A stretch of 64,000 nucleotides of DNA from Phoronis australis (Eukaryota > Animalia > Phoronida), in NCBI GenBank assembly GCA_002633005.1, contig NMRA01000018.1:1127531-1191530 (forward strand). Direction: 5' to 3'. The position numbers and the translations under genes were made by a program. Position 1 is the first letter of the stretch. Each line of letters starts with the position of its first letter. Positions 1-15,100 of the stretch are shown here, one piece after another. Under the pieces are notes generated by a model. The model saw nothing but the letters and a program-made list of their open reading frames with translations. It did not search any database and was not told the origin of the DNA.

Positions 1-3000
1 GATTACTTCTAGGGTTCTGTTTAGTTCAGGTAAATTAGGTGAAAAAAATTTGTTGAACAAACCTCGTTATTGTCAGTGAACATGAAATGGCGGTAACAAA
101 TATTATTCTTCTTGTGGTCAAAGGACTCTGTAGGTGACCCTAGTGTACAGACTTCAGTTGCTTTGTAATACGACACCACTCTGGGGTAGTAGTTGTTTGG
201 GACCTTAGTGTTTCAGAGCTGGGAACCAGTCGAAATAAAGGGGTTTGTTTTTATAACCAGATGAAGGCTTGTTGTTTTTTTTCTCTTTTCAAATAATGTG
301 AAATTTCTCCTAGATCAGGGAAATGCAGTGTAAGTCCAGTGCGTTGTTAAAATTTTTTCAAAATTTTCCAGTATGTATTGTACAGTAGGAGCTGGGCCAC
401 GGATGAAGTGAAATTTCTTTCTCGTTTATTTTTGTTGGGAATTTTGTGGACTAAATTTCATGGTTCTGCTAGGGTGTGTTTTGCGACTGAAGAAGTCATT
501 TCATGTTGAGCTGTTTCCACACACTTATCGCTCTATGTACTGTGTGCTGTCTTACCTCCACGATCCGTTCCGTGCTCTTTGAACGCTCCACCTGTCTGTT
601 TCAAGTTATTTACAATAATATAGCTAACTAGCCTTCAATAAAATCATAGACCTAATGAACTCAACGAGGCGTGTTTGTTGTCAATACTAGTGTCTGCAGT
701 AGCGTACGTGTGACGCGTGCATGCCCTCTGGTGACACTTTATCTTATATTACAGTAAATCAAACTCATTAACATGAATGAATTGGCATGTTTGCATGTAA
801 CCTCTTTGAAGGAAATCACGATCCTTTTTCTAAGTCCTATCCATGTTTAAAATCCTGGTCTATGCGGTATAGGAGAAAGTATCTAGAAGAAAAATACCAC
901 CAGATGCGAGTGCATGAGATCTTGCGAAGTTGTACAGTCATCTTTTTCATTTTATCTATTCATGGTAGTAAAAGCACTCAAAAGCACTTAAAACTGCTGA
1001 CCTTCGTTCGGTTTCTATCCCCGGACTGTTGGATTTCTATTCTCTTAAACTTGTGTAGGCAGTGAGCATACATGCTCTCACTGATAATATGCTGCACGAT
1101 GGCGCCAAGTCAGAGTGCTACAAGACCTCAACAATGATAAAGTACTATATCATTGGGTTGTTACCAAGCTGGATATGATGGAGTGTTTGTAGTCCTCTGT
1201 GCTCTCCTACTGTTGACCAAGTGCTCTTTGGAGAGAAACATAGACTGTCTGACAATGTTTCTCTTAACAATATCCATTAAGGTTTACCAGTCTCCCTTAT
1301 CGGGTGGCTTGTTGTGGTCTGTGCCATTTTACATTTTGTAACATTGGCGATGGTCTGTTCAAAAGTTATTGAGCGTAAACTATTTAAAATGGAACTTTGC
1401 AAATAAAAATCTTTTCTTTGATTGTTTGGAAATGATTAACTTTATATGTGAGCAAGTTCAATTGTTTTTTTAACTGGGAAATGTAACTGGTAGAACAAAA
1501 TTGTTATGGAGTGTTTTTGAGTAAAAAAATAAAAAAATATGTACTTGGTTTTAAAAGTAGGTTTGTAAGTACATGGGAGATCTCGGGACACCCACTGAGC
1601 TAAGATTTTACGCGTCCATCTAAAATAATTTGATCTGTTATTATTTAAAAAATATCAACTCAATGTCACTCAATTACACCGATGAAAAATGAATAAAACT
1701 GAAGGGGCATTTTGTCACTGTTTAGCTGTCAGTGCTGAATTCTAATATTACCAAATCGCTTTGCAGATTAAAAATGTTACCATGGTAAATTCACCTTGAA
1801 TTGTTTCCAAATGAGCCGGCACTACTCAAGTCACAGGCATCGCGTGGTTGCACCATTTTTGAATTGACAATTTTAGGATTTGACACCCCCAATAAACTTT
1901 GACATGTTTTATTGAGTCGCTGAAGGTTACAATATTCGTTTTGGTAACAGAAACATAATCCTATGAGACTGATTTTATGAGTAAAATGCCATTCGAGTTT
2001 CCTTTTTAGCCACCAAAACGAGGCAAAATAAAGTTTTAAATGTGATGTTAAAAGTGATATAATTTAGGAACTTAATAATATCAGTCAAGTTACTATTTCA
2101 TTGTAAATGGTGTTGACGCGATAAACTGTCATCAGAGCCTTTCTTGGGCAAACATTTAGTGCTGCCTTCAGCATTCACATGTGGTGGTGTGGTACGAAAA
2201 TTCTCCAATTACTTTGCAGAAAAATAATTGCCAAAATTGTCATTTTTTCATTTTTCAAAGGCCCATTACTTTAATGTAAATTATGGAAAATGTAAGAAAA
2301 CTTTTATGACATTACACAAACTATGCTAGTACTGGAGTAAAATTTTTGTTAATCTTTATTTTTGTGGAAAATTTGACAAAATAGAATTTCACTTGTGTGC
2401 TAAATAAGTAAAAAAATGCCGTTCGCTTTTGATTGCGTGTGAATGGATTGTTCCGACAATTGTACCCAGATCACGTCTCTCCACAGTAACTTGTGTCCGT
2501 CCCTGAAAAGCCCCAAGCCAATCTGGTAAGAAGCCCTTTGCTAGGGGACTAGTGAGTCATGGATTCTATGTCATGTGTTCTTGATCACATTCCAATGAAA
2601 CTGTTACACTATAGAGCCAAATTAACAAAACGGGTAGTGGGAAAGCTAATGAACTGTTGCACGCAGCAGTAGATCGACAATATGAAGACTTTGAACCTAT
2701 TCATAGATAACGCCAGACCATTGTCGTCTTCAGCATCATTCAAGGATGTCAAATACATATTTCATGTTGTACAGTACTCTTAATTGTTCGATGGCATCAT
2801 TTAATCCCATGCTTTCTTTAAGAAACAAGTTTTGATCTTGGCCATTTACCACTAGAAGCGTGTTCTTACCTTCAGTTGTTACTTGCTCAGTTTTGAAGTG
2901 ACACCTGGGCTCGGTAACAATTTAGACTTCCATTATTTCTTTAGGCCAAGTCAATTTTAGAACATGTTCACTTGTATGATACTCATAACCTTGAATAATT

Positions 3001-3015
3001 TCAAAATTTTTTCAG

Positions 3016-3129
3016 GTTCAAGAAGCATTTGAAAAAGTCAGTGAAGACAATGCCCAGAACAAGCATGCCTTGTTGGCAGCGTATAAGAAGGATGAAAAGT
3101 CCTCAGCACTGATCACGGAACTTACTGCA
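3016..3129 (+). CDS. LRRCC1: LRRCC1-like exon (VQEAFEKVSEDNAQNKHALLAAYKKDEKSSALITELTA)
   Basis: Acceptor tttttcag, donor gtaagt, 114 nt open, phase 0-0, coiled-coil composition. Confidence 0.8.
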
Positions 3130-6100
3130 GTAAGTGGGGGTAGTATATACCAACCATCAACCAGTGTGATGTTGTCAGGTATTGTAATTTGATAGTCAGA
3201 GCACGTAATACGACATCAAATATGTTTTTCCACTGCCAAGTTTGGTAAGTTGATCGTTTAAGAATCAGTGGAAATATCTGTGTTTATGACGACATCTTAT
3301 AGGTTTAACACTTGGTTCTCTGTGATTGGTCTAAACATCTAGTAGTGATCACAGATCTACGCGGTTGACTTTTTGTTCAATTTGGGTGCTTTACCTGTCT
3401 ACACAGTCAAATTCTTTGTTTGGTAATTAAAATCGCCAGGTCGCAATTTGCAATCTAGCCAAAATCCCAGGTCGCATTTCCAAAATCCAACTCACATTCA
3501 TAAATGTCAGGTCGCAAAATTTTCTCGCCATTTTTATGCGCCAAAATTGACTTTTTAGATAATCGAGAAATGTTTAGATTAATAATATGCTCTTACCTAA
3601 GGCGTTTAACACTCACAAATTGCAGATCGCAAAATTGAGTTCGTTCATACAGGTACGGTATTACTGTTGTTCGCGACCGCCATTGAAAGGCTCTAGAGCG
3701 CACAGCAAGTTGTCGACGTGAAAGTTGAATCAGTGCTCTCTAACTGAAACGTGCATTGGAGTAGCTAAGATTTCAATGTGAAAAGGGAGAAAATGCCTGT
3801 TGAAAAAGTATCCACAATTTTGTTAGGTCTCACCTGCTGCTGGGTGTCATCAAACTCGTTAAAGATCCAAACTAACTCGGAGTGCTAATTCCCTCCACTT
3901 TTTGTTCGCAGCCCAAATTTTACAACTTAACTCGACGTTTGAAAAACATCTGTCGAAAAAAATCCGTGAAACGGTGCCCTAACCGAATGACGTATTTGGA
4001 TGCGTGGGAACAATTCAGTGCAAACTTCACAACAAAAATGTGACACTTATGCTGTTTGCGTACTCAACAATTAGTTTTCCATGAAATGAATAGCTTTGAA
4101 ATAATTCCCGACTCCGTGCGGGTTTCCATCAGTTAACTCAAGTTTGCTCCTCAATACCTTCCAAGTGCGGTAAAAATAGGTCAGTCACAAAACGTCATGC
4201 ATGTCACTAGTGTTAACTTTCTTTCAGAGGTATGAAACAAAGCCGGTATTTAGTTTTTACATTGAGAAAAGACGTTTTTTTAAATTTGTTGAGTAAAATG
4301 AGAGTTACACTCTATATAGGCTGCGTGTCAATTTTAAACCACGTGCGGTCGTTTGTAGTACGCTGTGATGGGTGCTAGCCTGAACTGTGGGCGCTTAATT
4401 GGAAATTCTCAAAAGTTGAGGGAGAACGCTTAGTAGGTCAGTGAGCGCTTATTATGAAACACTTCAAAGGTAGGGAGTAGACTTGTGCGTGAGCATAGTC
4501 GTTAGCCTCTAGTACCCGGTTAGTTGCAATAGCTGGCTTTGCGCATAGAATATAGGGAACATCGACCTAGGGAAGCATCGCATGAGCCCCTATTTGGTGA
4601 AGTGGGCAAAAAGGTCCGCCTGTGAGAAACAAAAAGTCCGAGAAAATGAGACAAAAGTCCGCTAAACAAGTACAAACGCGCAATTCAGAGTGGTGCGTCC
4701 ACTTTTTTTTAGTCCGCCGGCTGTTTTGTTACCAACAGGTCCTCAACATTAGGAATATGAGCCCCCCATATTGAAGGCTGGGTGTGTGCACATGCATCGT
4801 CGCAGGAAAATATCAGTTCTGGGTTATATCAGTCCCGGGGAATATCGTTAAGCATCGGGTCTTTTATAAGCACCAGAAATCTATGAGTTCATATTCAAAT
4901 AAACCACTGGAACGTACCCGGGTGCTTAACAGAGCCAAGCCGGTATACCTTTTCATTTAGGACTGTCACTGTTCTGTTTTTATGTGCAGCTTTGAAGTGG
5001 TGCGCACGCGTGAGTTCACGCACTTGAATCGCTGGAGTAGGCCTGCACTTTACGTTGGCAACAACGTGTGAATGACAAATCATATTTCACGCACGAAGCC
5101 CGAGAAACAAGTAAAGGGGTTAGAGAATTTCTAGGCAACTGAAAGTAAAGACTTGGCCGTCATGTGGCGATTAATAGAGTTGTCATTTTCACTTTGGCTG
5201 TCTTAGCGATAAAAAACGAGACGCACATCTCTATGTCACGACCAGTGCCGCAGTGCGATATCAGGGATATTGTCGTGTATATTTGGTACATGTAATAAGG
5301 ACATCTTACGCAAAAAATAAACATATTTCTCCATCACAAAGTTTGGTAAGTTGATCACTTAAGAATAGAAACACCGTTGTTTTGTAACGTTTTCTCACGT
5401 GTTTTGCAATGGCCCGAAACTTTCTTTGGCGAATCCAAAAGTAGCCGAAAATGTTAGCCAATGAAACGCTTCAAAGATCGATTCTGCAGATCCCATGATC
5501 AAGCAACTTGTTTGCAAGTCATGGGGAGAGTTGTTCTCGCTTAGTGTTCTTTTGAACTTGGATTTGGCAACAACCAAATAACGGTCGAATTCCCAAGAGT
5601 TGCTTTATATTTGCCAGGTACCTGTCGAGAAGTGTAAAAACTGAGCTCGCATATGTTGAAAATTCCAGGTCGCATTTTGCGAGTTGATACGAGCTGACAA
5701 AAATTTCAGCTCGCAGTTCCAAATTTCAGGTCGCAAATGTGAGGCAGGTCATTTTAGGGTCTCATACTTTGCTCTTGAATAAGACTAAAGCTCACGCCAA
5801 TTTTATTGCAATAAGTCGTCTTGATGGAAAGTCATTGTCTTTGGCAGAATTCAGGTTTAAAGCTGACTTAAAAATATCCTGTCAGATACTGAGAATCAGA
5901 TGCTAAGTTTGGAGAACTTAGAAGCTCATGCTTTGATGTGGTACTCAGAGTTGAAACCCTCCATTTGGTACTGCTATGTAGATGACACTTTTGTGGTAAT
6001 TAAACGCTAGGAAGAGGACAGGTTTCTAGAGTACTTCAACCAGGAAGCTCCATGCATTGAATTTACCCAAGAATCTATGGTGGACAATACCCACTCGTTT

Positions 6101-9100
6101 TTGGAGTACGCCTTTTGGTGTTGACACTATAGTACAGGACACATTCACTGCAAAATATTCCAAAAGCCTACCTCTTACAGATCAGTACTTAGCTTTTGAC
6201 TCTCACCATCCCTTGGACCAAAAGTATAATGTTGTTCTCACATTATTTCATAGAGCAAGAGGAAGAAAATGTTTTATTTAAGTTGTCACCCAAAATGGTG
6301 TCTCACTATTGTCACCAGGTCACGGGAGAATATCGGTGAACGTCCTAAGACTATTGTCTCTTTCGCATACGGGGAGGTGCATCTGAAAAGTTACAATGGA
6401 TCTGTGGTCGGTTTGGTGTCAGAGTGGCACATAAACCAATTGAAACATTGTGTGCACCCTAAAGACAGACGAGAGAAAGATCAAATTGTAGTTTATGGTA
6501 TTCACTGTGATGGGGAGTGATGTGATCAATTCTATTTGGGTGAGGCTGAACAGCCCAGCAGCTCAAGAAATGTACTATGTACCAACACAGAAGAGCTGTT
6601 GGGAAGGAATTTCATCTAAGGTATACAACCATTTGCATGACCCGACACAGCAGTGTCAGCATTGAAAATGTTGAAATCCTGTTTGGAGAGAAAAACTGCA
6701 CCGACAGGAGGCTTATATCTTCATCCAATCCCGAAAACCTCTCAATAAGGTAGAAGGCGCCAGATGTACATTGTTGACTGTATGGATTGAAAGTGTTGAC
6801 AATATCACCATTCAAACAAGATCCAAGGTGACCGGAGTTCCGGAGTTCCTGCCACTTAAGTAATCAATATCAACTCATGGAAGGAGGCATCCGAGGGTCA
6901 ACAAATTAGGTTAATACAGTTCAGCAGAACTAGTTCAAGTAGTGATAGTATGAATTTTGTTAATGTCTCAAGACCTACGTTTTGCTGTACTGACATTACA
7001 CTACACTGTCAGTATCTGTCGGTGTTTGGTCATCCTCTGAGTAGCCTTCCCTCGTGACAAAAAATGAACGGGAATTAGCAGGAAATCTAGTAGGGTTGTT
7101 AAGTCATTCAGTTAGAAATTTGCCGCCAGAATTGTCAACGCCAGTCATTTTAGCTGACTGTTCACACTGTTTAGCCGTCATTGCGAGGAAACTGCTACCT
7201 GTGTTGGATTAGTTGATTGTCATTTCATGTCTTGTATCAACTGAACTTGTTGATTTGATTTCAAATGTTGAGTGATGTCGACTACAAATTTTGTCATCAC
7301 CTACATTGTGGCAGAATTGTTTCTTCCCTGCATCTGCAGAGACCTTGGTTTTCTGTTTTCAGAAACAACAAATTCTGTTTTAGCACGCATAAAATTCCAC
7401 GGTTTATTTTGTTTTGTGAATTAATTACCAAATTTAATTTTACTATTTTAAAGTGATGAAAAATAAAATGATCTGGTAATGGCTTTATTGTTTCCGCTGA
7501 ATTATGCCACAGCTCCGTTTTTTCGATAACTTGCTGCACACCATGTACATTGTTTCTCAAAACCGGTAAAGAACACTGCCATCTTCAGAAAGATTTTGAA
7601 CAACTACTTGAAAATGTCTGATGCAAACTGATTGATCACTGATCAATCTATGGCCAGAATGGTTGAATTTGAGTCATTACTTGCTCCTACAATAAGTAAA
7701 TTTTGTTTGAAATTCCGTGGAAGGAGTGAGATTCCATGAATTTTGTCAGTCTTCCATGATCACAGACAATCAGAGTCTCTTCATCTTTACTCAAATCTCA
7801 TCAAAGGTATACCACAGTGATCTTTGTTACTGATTAATATACTTTTCCTCAATTTTATTCGGTTCCACATCAGTAAATGAAAACTGCATAAAGGCGGATA
7901 TTTGTGTACATCCGGTTTCCTACACATTTCGCAAACCTACTCCTTTTTATTTGTTCTTTGGCATTGGTTTTAGTGCAAAGGTACTTGAGATTTAATTTTC
8001 TATTGAGTGAGGAGGAATGTTTAATATGCAAATCACCATTCAGATCAAAGACAAGTTATGCGTTTGATGTCATTAAATTTGCATCGTGTTCATGAGGAGT
8101 TTTAAACTTATTTGTCTTGAGGTATTTGAATTTGTTTTTTAATTGTCAGAACAGTTGTTATTTTGCAGTTAGAGCATTATGTATGCTGACGTTTGTTATG
8201 ACTGTTTTTGTTAATTTTGATCATTGCAACTCCCCTTGGTGGCAACTCCCCTTGGTTATTAAAGTTAATTCATTTGCAGTAACATGTATGGTAAAAATTC
8301 AGTTTAGGGTGGCAAAGAAATGCAATTTCATTTTGTCAAATTTTTCAACTAAAATAACTTTTCAAGACAATATACTTTGCTTTTGTATGGCATAGCTATT
8401 ACCAAACAACATGGGGTAAATTTTTGAGCATTTGTAACAATTTGGCAAGCCTCCAAAAAACAGAAACATGACAATTTTTTGTAATTGTTTATGTTTGTCC
8501 CAAGTTGAAGATTAATTAATTAGCATCTCTAGTAGAGTAACTTCATAGTTCATTAAGGTGAGCACATAGCAACGCTCCTTTTTGTCTGCCTCCATATACA
8601 TGTATGCACATTGCGGTCATCTATGTCTGTCTTGTGTCCACCCGTCCTGCATCTTCCTGTCTTATAGACTGCTTGATGGATGTTTTATGCATTTGTTTGA
8701 TGGATCATGGTGTGATTTGGTGGGTATTTGACAGCATCAGCGGGTTGTTGGACGTATACAACTGCCGTGACATCTCATGGTGGCCATTGTACTAGAAAGT
8801 TTCTGACAATTATTGTCAAAACGGCATGACAGACTTGAACGAAAGTTGACTCACAGAGATTTAGCACAGATGCACCAGCACTAGTTGATTTTTGTGCAGT
8901 GTCTTGTCTCTCAGTCCTTATCTTTATTTGTAAACTATGTTGATTATCTCCAAAAAACATTTTTCAGATGATGATAAAATATGGCAGAGGTATGTGGTAC
9001 GGGGTGAATGTGGTTTGAATGTGTTGAGAGCCCTTGTGGGAAGTGAGTGAATGTGGTTTGAATGTGTTGGGGGTCCTTGTGGAAAGGAAGTGGATGTAGT

Positions 9101-12100
9101 TTGAATGTGTTGAGGGTCCTTGTGGAAAGTAAGTGGATGTAGTTTGAATGTGTTGAGGGTCCTTGTGGAAAGTAAGTGAATGTGGTGTGAATGTGTTGAG
9201 GATCCTTGTGGAAAGTGAGTTAATGTGGTGTGAATGTGTTGAGGGTACTTGTAGAAAGCAGTGCTCAGTACTGATGAGGTTATCTTTGTTAATGATTTTT
9301 AAATAAATGATTATAATAGTATTGTAAGTTATAAATCAGTGCATTGATATTGTGTAAGTAAGAATTATTGCCGTATGTGAAGACAATTCTTACATAAAAA
9401 CAAGATTGGACTGGAATATAGGGATGTAGAACCTCCATGTTTGTTCATGGCTTTATATTCAGGGAATTTTTTTACACAGACCAATAAATTTTCTGTTAGG
9501 GCCACAATTATTATTATAGTGGTTTAATTGCGGCTCATAGCCCTCAAAATGACTAGTTATAGTACTTAGAATATTAAGTATGTGGCGTTTTTCTTGCAAA
9601 CTTCACCCAGCATCTTGCATGTTTAGCTACTTCACTGGCAATGCATAGCATACACAAAGAAGCCAAATTTCATTGTAGTTACTGTACAAGTAATTGGACA
9701 AGATACTGTTTTCCCACCATGATAGATTATTCTGTTGATAGCTAAAATGACTGGTGATAACTGTTATTCCGTTTCATTTAGATCATTCGTTTTTATTTGT
9801 TGTCCGTGTTGGTAAATAACCAGAAAATTCCGTTGTGTAAATTTTATCTCTTTTTTTTCAACGAAATAGTTGTCATCTTTTTTTGAAAACGTCTGTGTGC
9901 TACTCTTTGACTGAAGAGAAGTCACATTCACACGTGTGCTAAACATATGAACTAATACGCATTTTGTCAGACAAGTGTTTTTGTTTCGTCAGATGGTGAA
10001 AGAGCAGAAGAATCGGATAGCAGAGTTGTCAAGATCCAAGTCAGAGCAGGTCACTGAGTATAAGGTTAGTCAGTTTTTTCAGTGTCATCAACAATCTCCC
10101 ATTTAATATTAACATTTTAATGAAAAGGAGCTTGAAATTCGCTAGGTGACCCCAGTGAAAGAATCTTGCGTGTAGGAATAGGGCCATTCGGGTCACGCCT
10201 AACTGTTACCCCACAAACACTACAATAATGAACAGCTTTCTGTTGTCTGTCTGTTTTCTTCATCAGTGCCATCTAGTGAGTATTTAGTTACCAATTAAAG
10301 ATGGAAATTGTATTTTGGATATTTGAGAATAATTTTATAACTTAAAGTTAGATATCTCTCAATAATTTTAAGGTTAAATTTACAAGGTTTTGCTATCAAA
10401 CCATCGTTTTTACTAGTTTCTGACTTCTTGGCTAGTTTGTTTTCAGGCCTCACATGCAGAATATTGAAAAGAATGTGAACTTTGTGATCATCTATGTGTC
10501 CTTGTTTACCTCATATTAGTCCATCAAATCCACTGGCCCACATGCTGGTCCTTTATTCATGCCTGGCTTATTCATGCTGATAAGGAATGGTTTGCAATTA
10601 AGACTTGATGATACACTAAGTACTACACGCTTCATAGGAGCATTGTGAACTGTAAACGAGTAATTCACTAGATTTTATGTGCAATTTAATAGAAAATTGC
10701 ATCCGGCAATCAAGACTCATCGGACCACCCACAGTTTGTTGACTAAAAAAACATGCTGGGCATATGCATTTAGCCTCACAATCATTGACTTTTTAATGAA
10801 AAGAATTTGTTTCCTGGTTTCAAAGCCCTGTTGGTGATGTGCACAATATGCGGCCAGATGCTTGTAAGGCTTAATGAGTTTTACGTGATTGTTGTTGACC
10901 AAATGCATGGCACGCTAACTTGTGTAAAGTTTCAAATTTGTTCTTGAATGATGCCTCCTGATTAGTTTAGTTTCAAGTCTCAGTCCGAGTAGTAGAGTCT
11001 GAGATCAGTCGGAGTAGAGTCTGAGATAAGAGATTACATCCTGAGCCCTCAAGTCTCAGTCCGAGTAGTAAAGTCCGAGATAAGGGATTACATCCTGAGT
11101 CCTCAAGTCTCAGTCCGAGTAGAGTCTGAGATAAGAGATTACACCCTGAGGCCTCAAACCTGCGGTATTTTTGAAACTTGATGCAGTGATGTGGTATTTT
11201 TTTAATTCCCATTTTTTAAAGAAAAAGTCACCCGATTTCAGCTGACAGGGGTTGAGGTCTTTCCTGTTTACCGCAGTGTCACTTGAGCACAGGCTCTGAT
11301 CTGTGTTTGAAACTCCACGCGAAAATTAACTCCTTGGCTCGTTCGAGTAAACTTACAGTCTAAGAACTGGAATCATGCTACATTATTGTTCAATTTTCCA
11401 GTCTGAGCCAAGTCTTGGTTGAGAGATTACTAAACCCTGGGCCCTGATACCTGATGACATGAATTCTTATTATTTCTTTAAACATCAAGGCGCAGGTTTC
11501 AAAATGAGTTGCTTGAAGACCAGAACCACTGCTGTTTGTGGCCTTATAGTCAATGATGGATTTTTGAACTCTTTCCGATTATCAATCACGAAAGATTGTC
11601 CAATTACCGTTACTAGAGTATGGACACGCCTTTAGACCCGTGCCTCTGCATGAATATGTGCCTGTATCTGAATTTATGCACATGTGCCTTATGGGAAATT
11701 CAGAGTAAATTCAAGGAGCAAGTTTTTAAAATTGAGTGTGAAGGTTTGCTTATACGTAACCAACAGTGCACGCCATAAGTAACCAGATAAAATACGGTTT
11801 TCCTGTCATTACCGATGCTGTCTCGGCTTCTGTGACATGGAATTCTGCTTGTGCTCTGCCGTCATGATACTGGAATTTTGTGTCATTTTGTTCAATTATT
11901 TTGATGTGTACTGTAACACTTGAGACTTGTTTGAATACAAAATCATTGAAAATTATGGCAATAAACAAAATATACATAAAAACAGCCCTTTAAGTGCAAG
12001 GTACAAAGAGGTGTGTCTATAACAGAGGCATACTAGGTGCATGTGCCTATCGACAAACTGCATCAGAGTGCAACTGTTACAGTAATTTTGTTTTGAGAAA

Positions 12101-15100
12101 TATTGATTGCCTTGCCCTAGACTTGCTCATGTGTGGTTTCGTTAATGAATTTTCATACCTTGACCTAGGCTGTATTTTTCTGTTACTGTCCATAGAAAAC
12201 CACCGAGAAACTTGAATCTCAGCTGGAGGGCACAAGAAGACAACTGATGCAGATGGAAGTCTTGAAACAGGTATGTCTACTCGACTTGTGTTCAATGATA
12301 CCGAAAACATTTGGTGTTACGCCTTCACCTCTTAAATTAGCAAGCCTGGAAATTGGGCGTGGACGCTTCATCCAGAGGTACTGTGTGGCTTTAATCTGCG
12401 ATTTCAAAAATTGGGTGGTAGCGCTTACTTGTACATAGACCCTTAATCTGAGGCAGATAGTCGCGCTGGCCAATTTGACCTTCGCATTATTGTGCTCTCT
12501 GCCCGTCATAGGCATTTACGTAGCTGAGTGTAGAACGTGAAATAAAAAATGACCCACCGACATTCTGGAATTGATCTGCCATATGAATGTTATCAAAGTG
12601 GTATAACTTACAATCTAAGTGCAACTCCCTTCTGTTGTTTGTATGTATGTATGTATGTATGTATGTATGTATGTATGTATGTATGTATGTAGTTCAAATT
12701 TTGCAACTCAAGTGATTGAATACTTCCCGTCAAAAAACTTCCATGGGATGTTGTATGTCCCCATTTTTGTCCACTCGAAAATCCTAGTGATGTATTTGCC
12801 ATTCGTATAATTAGTGAGGAGCAAAAAAACGCTGAATTTCCGTTCCGTGTCACTGAATAATTCAAATTTGCTACTCGTATTTTACTTTTTACTCCTATTT
12901 TCGAGGTTTACTCACTTTTGTCAGGCCCTGATAATGGAGCACATACTAGGTGATGAGTATTTATTTGGTGCTCCTTATCTTTTACTAAAAAATAATATAT
13001 ATCACAATTGTCTACCATATTATGTCCTATATTTTTAAGATTCTACCCGTTTAGTAAATAGTCAATGCTCTCCTTTTATTAAGATCCCCTGATATCCAAT
13101 TATCAGTGCTAGAAAAGCAGTTTTAGAAAACAATACGTTTTTGCTTCTAGTCGTCCTTCTTATCGAGTGCTGGTGTTTTCGAACTGACGTATGTTTGCTG
13201 AGACACTTGCCTAACCTGCCACACAATTTAAAAAGCATTAAAATCATTTGCATTCGATGTTCTGTGGCCAGACTAATTTCACTTTACGTCATGGCTACAA
13301 AGGACGTACAACTTCCTGGCACAGTAACATGGATTTTCAATTTCCTATCAATCTCCAGGTGTCATTACGCTGTCTTTAAGTGGGTGTTAAGGAGTTACTG
13401 AACAGCCACTACAAGATGCTGGAATGTAGTAGTGCTTCAAATAAAAAATGTTTGAGCCAATCACTGTGAAGTAAGAACAATGAGGTAAAAAATAACGCAA
13501 TCGGCTTTAGTATGTGATTTTTTTAGACGTGATTTTTAGGTTTGGGATTAGATCAAACAAGTCATTGCTGAAAACTGCCCTGAATAAGTGAGAATTCCTA
13601 GAAAGCAAAATGCCTGCCATTTGAATGGGAATAGATTTATCTTGTTTTTCACCTAAACCCTAGTTGATACTTTGGTCACAGAAGACTGTGACCTTGGACA
13701 AACTGAATCACAAACAATTGCCAGACGGTGTACTTGTAACTTCCAATCAACAATCAAAGCTAGGATGTACTTTACAACTGTTGTAATCCTCTGTGAGATC
13801 CTTTCACATTTCAACAAACAACTTTTAACTGCTTGTAGTCACTTAAAGGAGAATGCCACCCAATTTAATTAGTCTTTTTTACCGTCTTAATCTGTCTATA
13901 TCCACATCGCCTCCTATACAGTCGACCTCACCTTGCCGAGAGGTGTCGCGTTAACCTGTGAGGAAGGTGAGAAACAACGCAGCGACATCCGTGGTTCGTC
14001 TTTAGAGTGAATGCCACTATATTGCGATGCATCGTTCCCGTTTGTTCGAATTATGAAGCTGCGAAAAGAGCGGGTATATCGTTTTTTTCGACTTCCTCGA
14101 GAGCCCGAAATGCTTTGGAAGTGGCTCGCGGAAGTGAAGAATGAAAGGTACGCTGTTAATAGCAAGCATGAAGCCGTGAAACATCTCCGTGTCTGTGGCC
14201 GGCATTTGGTCGACAGTGATTTCTCTGACGAATTCCGGCTTACCAAAGTATCCATGCGTTCCGTTGCCTGTGCATGTTCACGGCGCCTCTCTAGTATTTC
14301 TTGATCAATGTATTCCGGTTCGAACTGATAGGCTGTGAAACCTAACGATGCGACCAGTGAAGTCTTCGTCGGATGAGCTTTTGACTAAGTTGGGATTGGT
14401 GCCAGGCGAGTTGCCATACAGACGTTTATTATTCTGTGTTCTGTTTCAAAATGAATTATTCTCATCCTAACCAATGTTTATATTAAACTGAAACAAAGTC
14501 TGTCTTATTAGATACAATTTGTAATGCCTTAGAGTGCTCGTGTGTGCAAATGTTTTGAGAAGCCAGCAATGAATAAACCACTGCGTTACTGGCATTTGAT
14601 GCCGACAACACCGAGGCCATGTGAGCGCATGCTAATTCAGTGTTTGCAGACAGAAAGCTGTTGTGAAACAATTAGGCCTACTCGATTTTATATGTTATGG
14701 TCACATGCTAGGGGAATCTTTATTTAGAAATACAAATACATTATTCAAGTCATTGTTACTGTACAACCTTTGCCCTGACAGGAAAGGGAACCCGACTTCG
14801 CGGCCCCCGACAAGTAAGTAGATTTTCAGTTTTGTGGCTAATTCACATAAATGGTTCGTGCACATTATTTCTTTGGCTCACTGTTATAGTCTTTTCGTGA
14901 CTGCAGGAGGTTTAGTTTCCAACTCAAGCTGGTTTATGTTCGTGCTAGTCCCGGCGGCCACAACGGGCCTGATCGGGTTCCGAGCCACTGGCCAGGATAA
15001 CGAGTCAGTCCGGCCGCGATGCCGGGCCTAGTGATCGAGTTCCGAGCCACTGGCCGGGATAATAAGCCTTTTGTGTGTTTAGAACTAAAAAAATCACAAG

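Noticed and set aside
1-3000. Further upstream LRRCC1 exons or other genes
   Set aside because: No exon with good splice sites and a coiled-coil or LRR frame was found; ORFs here look random.
9004-11157. Regularly spaced repeats as a possible CRISPR array
   Set aside because: Units are head-to-tail with no unique spacers, there are no cas genes, and the context is a eukaryotic intron.
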